This document shows, piece by piece, positions 18,316 to 27,008 of a stretch of 32,000 bases of DNA. How positions within the stretch are numbered: position 1 is the stretch's first letter; every line of letters begins with the position of its first letter. A program made the position numbers and the translations under genes. This DNA comes from Coprobacillaceae bacterium (GTDB taxonomy: Bacteria > Bacillota_I > Bacilli_A > Erysipelotrichales > Coprobacillaceae), in NCBI GenBank assembly GCA_963675915.1, contig OY780959.1, positions 90,001 to 122,000 on the forward strand, in the 5' to 3' direction. The notes below the pieces were generated by a model. It did no database searches. It was not told where the DNA came from and saw only the letters and a program-made list of their open reading frames with translations.

Positions 18316-18331
18316 TGTTGGATTTACAACA
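18316..18331 (+). promoter_or_regulatory. Candidate Crp/Fnr-type (HcpR-like) operator TGTTG-N6-CAACA
   Basis: A 5-6-5 inverted repeat in the divergent intergenic region. Its centre (18323.5) lies about 41.5 nt upstream of the TSS predicted from the TATAGT -10 box at 18353-18358. Confidence 0.45.
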
Positions 18332-18388
18332 TAAATGATGAAATAATTATAGTATAGTTAAGGAGAAATAACAAGCGAGGTGGAATAT

Positions 18389-19111
18389 ATGTTAAGAAAA
18401 ATTATTAAAATAGATCAGGATTTGTGCAATGGTTGCGGCGCGTGTGTTAGCGCCTGCCATGAAGGAGCGATTGGAATGATCGACGGCAAAGCAGTGTTGT
18501 TAAGAGATGACTACTGTGACGGATTGGGGGATTGTCTTCCTAGTTGCCCGACCAATGCGATATCATTTGAAACCAGAGAAGCATTGGCATATGACGAGGC
18601 GGCAGTTGAGGCCAATATGGCCAAGAACAAAGGCGGATGTCCGGGAAGCCAATCGTTCGTGATTCATGAAGCCTGCATCAATCAGGGACCAATCAAGAAT
18701 AAAACGGCCCAGCCCCTTACAATGACCGGTGATGTGAAGGTTGAGTCGCATCTGCGTCAATGGCCGGTCCAAATCCAATTGGCACCGATTCAGGCTCCGT
18801 ACTATCAAAATGCGAATATTTTGATTGCGGCTGACTGCAGTGCCTATACGTATGGTAATTTTCATAACGATTTCATGAAAAACAAAGTTACCCTGATTGG
18901 ATGTCCGAAATTGGATCCGGTCGATTACTCAGAAAAACTGGCGGCGATTTTTGCTTCAAATGAGATCAAGTCAGTAACAGTTGTAAGAATGGAAGTTCCT
19001 TGTTGTGGGGGAATTGAGAATGCTGTCAAAAAAGCAATCCAGGAAAGCGGACTTTTTGTACCGTGGCAGATAATCACAATTTCCACAAACGGAAAAATAA
19101 TCGAAGAATAA
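18389..19111 (+). CDS. 4Fe-4S dicluster ferredoxin-domain protein (hcp-associated)
   Basis: ATG at 18389 after GAGGTGG. Two CxxCxxCxxxC-type motifs ([23 protein letters not shown]) plus C-terminal Cys motifs (CPKLDP, VPCCGG). It ends 20 nt before hcp. Confidence 0.8.
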   Translation: MLRKIIKIDQDLCNGCGACVSACHEGAIGMIDGKAVLLRDDYCDGLGDCLPSCPTNAISFETREALAYDEAAVEANMAKNKGGCPGSQSFVIHEACINQGPIKNKTAQPLTMTGDVKVESHLRQWPVQIQLAPIQAPYYQNANILIAADCSAYTYGNFHNDFMKNKVTLIGCPKLDPVDYSEKLAAIFASNEIKSVTVVRMEVPCCGGIENAVKKAIQESGLFVPWQIITISTNGKIIEE

Positions 19112-19131
19112 AGAAAAATGGAGGATTAAAT

Positions 19132-20754
19132 ATGTTTTGTTTTCAATGTCAAGAAACCGCCAAAGGAACCGGCTGTACCGTAGTCGGTGTCTGCGGAAAA
19201 GATGAAAAAGTGGCAGCTTTGCAGGATTTATTGGTATACGTTACCAAAGCAGTTTCATATCTGATAGTGGAACTTAAAATTGACAGCAAAGATCTTGATG
19301 AACAGTCGATTGCGCTGCATGATGCCCTGTTCATGACAATAACCAACGCTAATTTTGATGCTGATGCAATTGTTGGAAAAATCAGGGAATTGCTTAAGAT
19401 TCGCGATGAACTTAAAACCCGCGGTCAATACCAAGCACTCGATGCAACAGAGTTCACGGTTGCAGGTGAAGAAGAGATGATTGAAAAAGCTCAGGAAGTT
19501 GGAATTATGGCCTGTAATAATGAGGATATCCGTTCCCTTCGAGAAATGATTATTTATGGGGTAAAAGGAATGGCGGCCTATGCCCAACATGCTTTGAATC
19601 TCGGTAAAATCGATTATGCAGTCAACGGGTTCATTTTTGAAGCTATGGCGGCAACCCTTGACGACCAAATATCAGTCGATGATCTGGTGGCATTGACTTT
19701 AAAAACCGGGGAATTTGGGGTTAAAGCGATGGCGTTGTTAGATGAAGCAAATACTGCGAAATACGGTTCTCCTGAAATTACAGAAGTTCAGCTAGGAGTT
19801 CGCAACAATCCGGCTATTTTGATTTCCGGTCATGACTTGGTCGATCTGGAACAATTGTTGGAACAAACTGCCGGAACCGGAATTGATGTCTATACCCATG
19901 GTGAAATGTTACCGGGACATTATTACCCGGCTTTCAAGAAATATGATAATTTTGCGGGAAATTACGGCGGTTCATGGTGGCAACAGCTTACCGATTTCGA
20001 TTCTTTCAATGGGCCAATTATCTTTACTACCAATTGTATCGTTCCTCCTAAAAAAGAAGAAATCCGTCAACGGATTTATACAACCGGTGCTGCTGGGTTC
20101 CCGGGATGCACTCACATTGATGCTGATGAAAATGGCAATAAAGATTTCAGTGCCATAATCGCTCACGCTAAAACTTTGCCAAGCCCAACTGAAATTGAAT
20201 CCGGAACCATAGTTGGTGGTTTCGCCCATGATCAGGTATTTGCTTTGGCCGATAAAGTGGTTGATGCAGTCAAATCCGGAGCAATCAAAAAATTCTTTGT
20301 CATGGCCGGATGTGATGGCCGGATGAATATCCGTGAATACTATACCGATTTTGCCAAACAGTTGCCTAATGACACAGTCATTTTGACGGCTGGGTGCGCC
20401 AAATACCGATATAATAAACTTGGTCTTGGTGATATCGGGGGAATTCCCCGTGTTCTCGATGCCGGACAGTGCAATGACTCATATTCACTCGTGGTAATTG
20501 CCTTGAAACTTCAGGAGATTCTCGGACTGGATTCAGTCAATGATCTCCCAATTGCTTACAATATTGCCTGGTATGAACAAAAAGCGGTGATAGTGCTGTT
20601 GGCACTTTTATATCTGGGAGTCAAAGATATCCATTTAGGACCGACTCTTCCAGCGTTTTTATCACCTAATGTTGCCAAAGTTCTGGTTGAAAACTTTGGA
20701 ATCACGCCAATCAAAACAGTTGAAGAAGATATCGAACTATTCTTGAATAATTAG
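19132..20754 (+). CDS. hcp: Hybrid cluster protein (hydroxylamine reductase)
   Basis: The start at [15 protein letters not shown] (19132) follows a GGAGG SD. This N-terminal Cys motif and the overall collinearity (about 540 aa) are diagnostic of Hcp. Confidence 0.93.
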   Translation: MFCFQCQETAKGTGCTVVGVCGKDEKVAALQDLLVYVTKAVSYLIVELKIDSKDLDEQSIALHDALFMTITNANFDADAIVGKIRELLKIRDELKTRGQYQALDATEFTVAGEEEMIEKAQEVGIMACNNEDIRSLREMIIYGVKGMAAYAQHALNLGKIDYAVNGFIFEAMAATLDDQISVDDLVALTLKTGEFGVKAMALLDEANTAKYGSPEITEVQLGVRNNPAILISGHDLVDLEQLLEQTAGTGIDVYTHGEMLPGHYYPAFKKYDNFAGNYGGSWWQQLTDFDSFNGPIIFTTNCIVPPKKEEIRQRIYTTGAAGFPGCTHIDADENGNKDFSAIIAHAKTLPSPTEIESGTIVGGFAHDQVFALADKVVDAVKSGAIKKFFVMAGCDGRMNIREYYTDFAKQLPNDTVILTAGCAKYRYNKLGLGDIGGIPRVLDAGQCNDSYSLVVIALKLQEILGLDSVNDLPIAYNIAWYEQKAVIVLLALLYLGVKDIHLGPTLPAFLSPNVAKVLVENFGITPIKTVEEDIELFLNN

Positions 20755-20759
20755 GATTA

Positions 20760-20784
20760 AACCGCATAAATGCGGGTTTTTTCA
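20760..20784 (+). terminator. Rho-independent terminator after hcp
   Basis: CCGCA-TAAA-TGCGG core stem followed by GTTTTTT. Confidence 0.7.
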
Positions 20785-20823
20785 ATAAAGTTCCATTTGA
20801 ATGGGGATCTGAGCACTATATTA

Positions 20824-20852
20824 TTGACGTGAAATTTCATTGCCGATATAAT
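20824..20852 (+). promoter_or_regulatory. Sigma-70-type promoter for the nitroreductase gene
   Basis: TTGACG (20824-20829), a 17-nt spacer, then TATAAT (20847-20852). Confidence 0.6.
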
Positions 20853-20875
20853 TTGTTTATAAAGGAGGCTTCACT

Positions 20876-21400
20876 ATGGACGCAATTGATAATATTATGA
20901 CTCGTCACAGTGTACGGGAATTCAAGGAAGATCCGGTAGAACCGGAAAAAATCGAACTTATTCTCAAGGCGGGATTTGCCGCTCCGACTGCAGTCAATAA
21001 ACAGCCGTGGCACTTTGTCGTTGTAGATGATATGAAACTAAGATTTACGCTGGCCAGCGATTTGCCTTATTGTAAAATGATCGCCCAATCGCCAATTGCA
21101 ATCGTCGTTTGCGGTGATGAGAAAAAATTCTATAAAGACCCAGATGAAGATCTTTACTGGGTAAACGACACTTCGGCGGCGACCGAGAATATCCTGTTGG
21201 CTGCCCATGCTCTGGGGCTAGGGGCGGTTTGGACCGCGGTTTATCCGGAAGTATCGCGAATCAGAGTCGTTAGGGAGACCTTGAATCTGCCGGATAATTT
21301 GATTCCTTTGGCGGTGATTCCCGTGGGATATCCGGCTAAAACTGGCAAGGTCATCGACAAATACGATCAGGAGGCTGTCAGCTATAATCGTTTTGAGTAG
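20876..21400 (+). CDS. Nitroreductase family protein
   Basis: 174 aa. Motifs RHSVREF, APTAVNKQPWHFVVV and LAAHALGLGAVW are typical of the FMN nitroreductase fold. Confidence 0.85.
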   Translation: MDAIDNIMTRHSVREFKEDPVEPEKIELILKAGFAAPTAVNKQPWHFVVVDDMKLRFTLASDLPYCKMIAQSPIAIVVCGDEKKFYKDPDEDLYWVNDTSAATENILLAAHALGLGAVWTAVYPEVSRIRVVRETLNLPDNLIPLAVIPVGYPAKTGKVIDKYDQEAVSYNRFE

Positions 21401-21438
21401 ACTTTATAATAATGGGGTATAGTAGAAAGGAGAAAGAT

Positions 21439-21807
21439 ATGTTCAAGGAATTCAAGAATTTTGCAGTGAAAGGCAACGTCCTGGATTTGGCGGTTGCGGT
21501 AATTGTCGGAGGTGCTTTCTCGGCAATTGTAAAATCAATGGTCGATGATATCATCATGCCGATAGTCGGTGCTGTCTTCGGAAATCCGGATTTCACCACA
21601 ATTACTCTAGGACCGGTTATGATCGGTAATTTCATCCAAAGTATTGTCAACTTTTTGATCATCGCATTCAGTCTTTTCATTGTGATCCGACAAATCAATA
21701 AAATGAAAAAACCGGTTGAAAAGGCAGCGCCAAAGATTTCCAATGAAGAGAAACTGCTGATTGAAATCAGGGATTTACTTAAAGATAGTACAAAAAAAGG
21801 TGATTAA
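21439..21807 (+). CDS. mscL: Large-conductance mechanosensitive channel
   Basis: The start at MFKEFKNFAVKGNVLDLAVAVIVGGAF (21439) follows an AAGGAGAAAG SD. This is the canonical MscL N-terminus and size. Confidence 0.92.
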   Translation: MFKEFKNFAVKGNVLDLAVAVIVGGAFSAIVKSMVDDIIMPIVGAVFGNPDFTTITLGPVMIGNFIQSIVNFLIIAFSLFIVIRQINKMKKPVEKAAPKISNEEKLLIEIRDLLKDSTKKGD

Positions 21808-21846
21808 TTCATCTTTTTTTTGTAAAGAAAAAGAGCTTCACAGCTC

Positions 21847-22833
21847 TTAGATAAATATCCCGGAGATTGCATTGAAGAAATATCCGACAATTATTATTCC
21901 GATTCCTACAATTACCAGGAATGCTACAATCAGTTTTGGTTTGATGACCTTGCGAAGCAAAATCATTTCCGGCAATGAAAGTGCGGTTGTCGCCATCATG
22001 AATGCCAGTGCGGTTCCGATTCCGACCCCTTTGGCAATCAGAGCCTGAGCGATGGGAATAGTTCCCAGGGCGTTTGAATAAAGTGGAATCCCCGCCAAAA
22101 CAGCAACAATCACTGCAATTGGATTGTCAGCTCCGGCATAACGGGCCAAAATTTCTTCTGGCGCCCATCCGTGAATCGCCGCTCCAAGTGCGATACCGAT
22201 AAGCAGGTAAAGCCATACTCGCTTGATGATGTCTTTTACCTGTTGAACTGAAAATGAAACTCGCTGTTTGTGATTCAGCTTTTCGATTTCGACATCTTGA
22301 GCCTTGATCTTGTAGACATATTCTTCCACACTGTCTTCCAGGTGGAGCAGTCCGATTATAATCCCTCCGACTACACCGACAACAACGCCGGTAACCACGT
22401 AGATTGTGGCAATTTGCCATCCAAAGATCCCCAATAAAATGGCAAAGGCAGCTTCATTTACAATCGGTGAGGTAATCAAAAACGAGAATGTGAAACCAAG
22501 TGGAATTCCAGCCTCGACAAATCCGATGAAAATCGGAACAGATGAGCAGGAACAAAACGGAGTCACAATCCCCAACAGTGAAGCCATGATATTCCCTTTG
22601 ACCCCGTTGAATTTTTCCAGTATTTTTTTAGTTCGTTCTGCCGGGAAGTATGAACGGACATATGAAATCAAGAAAATCATTACTGACAATAAAATGATGA
22701 TTTTGATGACATCATAAAAAAAGAAGTGTACGCTTGACCCTAACGCTTCATTTACATCCAATTGAAAAATATTTTCAACCAAAAAAGTAATGATATCGTC
22801 AAGCCAACCGAAATTTAACCAATAGCCTATCAT
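21847..22833 (-). CDS. Predicted permease, UPF0718/DUF318 (ArsP-like) family with CxC motif
   Basis: 328 aa, polytopic. VTPFCSCSSVPIF is the hallmark motif of this permease family. GGAGGG SD. Confidence 0.7.
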   Translation of the reverse strand: MIGYWLNFGWLDDIITFLVENIFQLDVNEALGSSVHFFFYDVIKIIILLSVMIFLISYVRSYFPAERTKKILEKFNGVKGNIMASLLGIVTPFCSCSSVPIFIGFVEAGIPLGFTFSFLITSPIVNEAAFAILLGIFGWQIATIYVVTGVVVGVVGGIIIGLLHLEDSVEEYVYKIKAQDVEIEKLNHKQRVSFSVQQVKDIIKRVWLYLLIGIALGAAIHGWAPEEILARYAGADNPIAVIVAVLAGIPLYSNALGTIPIAQALIAKGVGIGTALAFMMATTALSLPEMILLRKVIKPKLIVAFLVIVGIGIIIVGYFFNAISGIFI

Positions 22834-22911
22834 AATAACCCTCCTATGTAGACAATTTAACCATACATATCGATATATGTCAATCTATATGTCCAAAAAG
22901 GTTACCATAAA

Positions 22912-22933
22912 GAAACCAGGTTTGCAACCTGGT
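22912..22933 (-). terminator. Terminator hairpin downstream of the 167-aa gene
   Basis: ACCAGGT-TTGCA-ACCTGGT, a perfect 7-bp stem. On the minus strand it is followed by TTTCTTTAT. Confidence 0.55.
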
Positions 22934-22939
22934 CATAAA

Positions 22940-23443
22940 TCATATTTTGCGGCTGTCATAAGCCCAATGCAACAGGGCCTGACGTTGTTTTTTTCTGCAA
23001 TCCAGATCGCCGGTCCGGCAGTTTTTCTTAATGGCGCCGACATGACGGCGCATTGCTTTCCATCTTTTGATCTGGCGCAAATCTTCTTCAGGCATTCTTC
23101 TGCCATAATAATACCGGCAATACCACTGGAACCAGCCCCGGGGATCAGCTGGGTGGATCCAGCCTTTTTCCTGCCAATGGAGCAGGGGCAAGGAGGCATC
23201 AACCTTGAAGTAGTTGAGGGCGATGTTCTTACCGTGAGGGGAGAGCAGGGCTTTTTCAAACCAATCGGCCGGAAATTCTTCTTGGCAGTCGGTCATATAT
23301 TTTCCACCGAACACTCCCAGTTCCAGCATTTGTTTTGGAGTCAGCTCAGGTTTGAAATCGGGATGGAAATTCTGACCGGTAGGTTCGCTCAAATAGTATT
23401 CGGTTTGTTGCATCTTATCGTTGACGATGATTTTTTTAGGCAT
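22940..23443 (-). CDS. Conserved hypothetical cytoplasmic protein (W/R-rich motif RGWFQWYCRYYYGRR)
   Basis: ORF 22940..23479, with the start at MPKKIIV (complement of 23441-23443) after a GGAGG SD. The sequence looks protein-like, whereas the 199-aa ORF on the opposite strand does not. Confidence 0.7.
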   Translation of the reverse strand: MPKKIIVNDKMQQTEYYLSEPTGQNFHPDFKPELTPKQMLELGVFGGKYMTDCQEEFPADWFEKALLSPHGKNIALNYFKVDASLPLLHWQEKGWIHPADPRGWFQWYCRYYYGRRMPEEDLRQIKRWKAMRRHVGAIKKNCRTGDLDCRKKQRQALLHWAYDSRKI

Positions 23444-23553
23444 AATAACCTCCACAATCATATTTTGAGAAACTAACATGAAATAATTTGTTACCTTATT
23501 ATATCATGATTTTCTTGAGTTGTGATATAATAAGTTCAACGGAGGTGAATATT

Positions 23554-24357
23554 ATGGAAACAAGGAAATATTCCAAACTATTATCTTATTTCACTGTTTT
23601 GACTTATTTAATCATGATTGCCATCAATGCGTTGGCAAATATTCTGCCAATCAACGACAGGATGACCGGAGAAATATCCGATTCATACTTTAACTTATTT
23701 GCTCCCGCGGCATTTACCTTTGCCATCTGGGGATTGATCTACTTCCTGCTTTTTCTTTATGTGATTTACCAGTTGGTGTTTATCGCAAAGATGAGACCTC
23801 AACATCAGGAGTTATTCAATAATGTAAATCTCTATTTCTCAATTTCGTCACTGATCAATGCCTTTTGGATATTGGCCTGGCACTATGATATTATTTGGCT
23901 GAGCCTGGTTTTGATGATGGGGATTTTGGCTTGCCTGGTTATCATCAATTCAAAGTTGCGCTATGAGGAAATGGATCTTAAGGAAAATATTCTCTCGAAA
24001 TTGCCGTTTTCAGTTTATTTTGGCTGGATTACGGTGGCTACAATCGCCAATACAACCACTTTTTTAGTGGCTTCGGGTTGGGATGGCTCGCCAATTAGCC
24101 CGGTTGTTTGGACAGTAATCATTCTAATAGTCGGTGCTGTAATCGGATTTTTGTCAATTCTGTATTACCGAGCGCTGGGTTATGGAGCGGTGCTGATCTG
24201 GGCTTATTCGGGAATTCTGGCCAAACATTTGATGGAATCACAATTCAATCGGGAATATCCGGCAATCATTATCGCTGTCGCGGTTTCGCTGGTGATTATT
24301 GTCCTGGGAAACGGCTATCTGTTTAAACTACGCATCAATGAACGAAAAAAATACTGA
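23554..24357 (+). CDS. TspO/MBR-related (tryptophan-rich sensory protein-like) membrane protein
   Basis: The start at METRKY (23554) follows a GGAGG SD. The N-terminal motif INALANILPINDRMTGEISDSYFNLFAPAAFTFAIWGLIY recalls the long TspO-like family of Firmicutes. The protein is W-rich and polytopic. Confidence 0.55.
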   Translation: METRKYSKLLSYFTVLTYLIMIAINALANILPINDRMTGEISDSYFNLFAPAAFTFAIWGLIYFLLFLYVIYQLVFIAKMRPQHQELFNNVNLYFSISSLINAFWILAWHYDIIWLSLVLMMGILACLVIINSKLRYEEMDLKENILSKLPFSVYFGWITVATIANTTTFLVASGWDGSPISPVVWTVIILIVGAVIGFLSILYYRALGYGAVLIWAYSGILAKHLMESQFNREYPAIIIAVAVSLVIIVLGNGYLFKLRINERKKY

Positions 24358-24802
24358 CAGCCAAGCAGTACAAAACTTTCTGATGAGTCGCTATGAACCA
24401 GTGGTGGCCAGCGGAACTTGGAAAGGGCTGGAACTGTTTCATCGAAACAATAAGTATTTGTTGATGGCTCTTGATCCAAAAAGCCAGAAAATAATGGGTC
24501 GGATTATTGCGAATAAGCAAGGAATCCCATTGGCAGAGGCGATTGATGAATACCGTTTCCTGTTGAAGGTGGCAAGTGATAATTCTTTTCAAAAAGGGCG
24601 CCTTATCAATATGTGTCTTCATGTTTTCGGTTATTTTCGCAACAATCTTACAAATAAGCAAAAGGCTGATTTTCTAGAACTGCTCGAGTCATATGAAAAC
24701 GGGAATAGCGGTATTGACCCGGTTATCGCCAGATTACATCAATTGACCCTGGTCCATGATCAAACATATTTGGCAGAACAGACTATTTTTGAATTTTTTT
24801 AA
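24338..24802 (+). CDS. DUF1722 (YbgA-family) protein
   Basis: ORF 24299..24802. The first ATG is at 24338 and overlaps the upstream gene by 20 nt. There is no clear SD, so the start is uncertain. The sequence HRNNKYLLMALDPKSQKIMGRIIAN...EYRFLL...HVFGYF is typical of DUF1722. Confidence 0.65.
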   Translation: MNEKNTDSQAVQNFLMSRYEPVVASGTWKGLELFHRNNKYLLMALDPKSQKIMGRIIANKQGIPLAEAIDEYRFLLKVASDNSFQKGRLINMCLHVFGYFRNNLTNKQKADFLELLESYENGNSGIDPVIARLHQLTLVHDQTYLAEQTIFEFF

Positions 24803-24814
24803 AAAACCCAGCAA

Positions 24815-24841
24815 AAGGGCATGGTACTTGACCATGCCCTT
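24815..24841. terminator. Bidirectional terminator between the convergent DUF1722 and AbrB-family genes
   Basis: Perfect 11-bp stem AAGGGCATGGT-ACTTG-ACCATGCCCTT. Confidence 0.8.
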
Positions 24842-25917
24842 TAAATCATTCCGGAAAAGATTGTCGTGAATAGTTGAACATAAAGGGGATAAACCCCATT
24901 GACCGAAAGAATCCGGAAAATCTGCATAATGGCGATTTTCGGTGAACTTTTGCCAAAATCACCGGCAATCAGAATCAAATCAGTTCCCCCCCCTGGTGAT
25001 GATGAAAACAGGGCTGAACCCATATCGAGCTGACGGGTTCGGGTGAGAATTAACGAAACTAAAAATGAAGTGATAAAATAACCAATCATCAAAACAACAA
25101 TCGGAAGAATCAGATTATGGAGATTATTGACATCTTCCATAGTGATTTTCGAACCGATCAGACATCCCGAAATGATCTGGGCACCATATCTGAAAAACCG
25201 CGGGAGGTTGATCCGATGGGAATTGCAGTTGAAAAATGCTACCGATATCATTGAAAAAGTCATAGTACCAGCTGGAACTCCGGAAAGATAACCGACTGTA
25301 CCGCCCAAGATTCCAGCTACCAGGGTAAAAGCATATTGATGGCCTGATGAGTCCGGAATCAATTTGTCAATCATAAACATCTTGTCATCGTCTTTTTCCA
25401 CCAGGTTGTTTTCAACTGGTTGGTCAGGAAACAGTGGGCTGATTTTCCCGATTAAAACCGGCATGAACAACATCACCAGAAACAACCGGGCAATCTGAAT
25501 CAGCGAAACGGCGGTGCTATTGGCCCCGAAATCCTCACTCATCAATGATACATTGGTGATTCCCCCCGGAATTGAAATCAAAAATGAGGTGATCAAATCA
25601 AAATCAAAAAGACTGTATTGAATGAATCCCATCACAAAAGTGAACACAAAGTAAGATGTCAGCAAAATTGCTATGGGCAAAATCAGTTTGTGGGCATTCA
25701 GGATGTCCTTACGCTGGATACTTTTCCCTACGAAGATTCCAGCCAATACCTGAGCAATCAGCCTGGTGTTGGCAGGCATAGCTGCTCCGTCAAAGCTGAT
25801 TGAAAAAATTGCCGCACCGATCATGGTCCCCAACATGTAGGGTGCGGGAAACTTCACTTTCTTGGCGACAAAGCCAAAAGTGGTTCCAAACATTAATGTA
25901 AATAAGATTTTTAGCAT
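24841..25917 (-). CDS. AbrB-family (putative ammonia monooxygenase-like, PF05145 duplication) membrane protein
   Basis: The start at MLKILFTLMFGTTFGFVAKKVKFPAPYMLGTMIG (complement of 25915-25917) follows a GGGGGAAAG SD. It has two repeated halves, each containing a P.P.MLG/SPGG-type motif. Confidence 0.7.
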   Translation of the reverse strand: MLKILFTLMFGTTFGFVAKKVKFPAPYMLGTMIGAAIFSISFDGAAMPANTRLIAQVLAGIFVGKSIQRKDILNAHKLILPIAILLTSYFVFTFVMGFIQYSLFDFDLITSFLISIPGGITNVSLMSEDFGANSTAVSLIQIARLFLVMLFMPVLIGKISPLFPDQPVENNLVEKDDDKMFMIDKLIPDSSGHQYAFTLVAGILGGTVGYLSGVPAGTMTFSMISVAFFNCNSHRINLPRFFRYGAQIISGCLIGSKITMEDVNNLHNLILPIVVLMIGYFITSFLVSLILTRTRQLDMGSALFSSSPGGGTDLILIAGDFGKSSPKIAIMQIFRILSVNGVYPLYVQLFTTIFSGMI

Positions 25918-26043
25918 GTAAGCTTTCCCCCTTATAAAGGTCATTATATAAGAAAATCCGACAAATACCAGGATAATTGGGGAATTAGGCCGTTATTTCC
26001 CAAACTGAAATTACTATCTGGTAAAAGGTGACTATTGAATAAG

Positions 26044-26078
26044 AAAAAGGTGATTTGCTGGTAAGCAATCACCTTTTT
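26044..26078 (-). terminator. Terminator after the SDR gene
   Basis: AAGGTGATT(T)GC-TGGTAA-GCAATCACCTT with flanking A/T runs. Confidence 0.7.
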
Positions 26079-26092
26079 GAGGACTGTTATTG

Positions 26093-26833
26093 TTATTGCA
26101 GGATGAATCCACCATTAGGCGAGATTACCTGACCAGTGAGATATTTGGCAGTGACAATATATTCCAGGGCTCCGGCGATATCATCAGTTTCACCGATTTT
26201 CCCCAGTGGGATTCCACTTGCCAATGCATTGAGTTCTTCCTGGTTTACCCCACGAAGCATATCAGTCATAATCATTCCTGGAGCGATGGTGTTAACTCGT
26301 ACTTTGCGTCCGGCAAATTCCAATGCCAATGCTCTTGATAACCCGATTACTCCGGCTTTGGTTGCACAGTAGTCAGCTTGGTTGACTACTCCGGTCATTC
26401 CCCCAATTGACGAGATATTGCAGATTACCGATTCATGGTCCACCATGTGAGGTAAAGCCAGATGGCACATATGCAATAGAGAAACCAAGTTGACATTGAT
26501 CAGCCGGATATAGTCTTCCGGTTTGATGTCAATAAAGTTGCTGTTGTTGGTGATACCGGCATTGTTTACCAGGACATCAATTTTCCCTCCGAAATTATCT
26601 ACTGCGGTATTAACCAGTTTTTCACAATCTTCATAATTGGCAACGTCGGCTTGGACGGCCATGGCTTTTACCCCGCATTCCCCTTTTACTTTTTCGATAA
26701 TTTTGTCACAAAGTGCTTTTGAACTGTCACTGCGATAATTGATTACCACATCATAGCCCATTTTTGCCAACTTCATAACCATTGCTTCACCGATTCCTCT
26801 GGAACCGCCTGTAATTACTGCTGTTTTACTCAT
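26093..26833 (-). CDS. SDR family oxidoreductase (FabG-like 3-oxoacyl-ACP reductase family)
   Basis: 246 aa with TGGSRGIG, NNAG and the YCATK catalytic motif. It is not inside a fab cluster, so the substrate is unknown. Confidence 0.85.
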   Translation of the reverse strand: MSKTAVITGGSRGIGEAMVMKLAKMGYDVVINYRSDSSKALCDKIIEKVKGECGVKAMAVQADVANYEDCEKLVNTAVDNFGGKIDVLVNNAGITNNSNFIDIKPEDYIRLINVNLVSLLHMCHLALPHMVDHESVICNISSIGGMTGVVNQADYCATKAGVIGLSRALALEFAGRKVRVNTIAPGMIMTDMLRGVNQEELNALASGIPLGKIGETDDIAGALEYIVTAKYLTGQVISPNGGFILQ

Positions 26834-26964
26834 AAATTTTCTCCTTTATTTTTACTATGTGAAAATTATATCAAGGTTTCGGTGTAAGCGCTCTTATTTT
26901 ATGTTTTTGAAAATAATTTTAAAAAAGCTGCTGATTATTATTTGTACAGTCCGTTATGGGCAAA

Positions 26965-26992
26965 TAAAAAAGGATACCGAAGACCGGTACCC
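26965..26992 (-). terminator. Terminator after the HesB-like gene
   Basis: On the minus strand: GGGTACCGGTCTTCGGTATCC followed by TTTTTTATTT. Confidence 0.6.
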
Positions 26993-27008
26993 GTAAAGTC
27001 AAATCTGA

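Noticed and set aside
19063-19131. A 23-aa N-terminal extension of hcp that overlaps the ferredoxin gene.
   Set aside because: Hcp proteins begin at MFCFQC, and a GGAGG SD precedes the ATG at 19132.
22877-23476. A 199-aa plus-strand ORF covering the same DNA as the 167-aa minus-strand gene.
   Set aside because: It has no SD and begins inside the terminator/promoter region. Its sequence is low-complexity and antisense-like. The minus-strand frame has a GGAGG SD and conserved-looking motifs.
26901-26996. A 31-aa plus-strand ORF (MFLKIILKKLLIIICTVRYGQ...) in the SDR/HesB-like intergenic region.
   Set aside because: It has no SD, runs through the terminator hairpin of the opposite-strand gene, and its hydrophobic start simply reflects AT-rich DNA.
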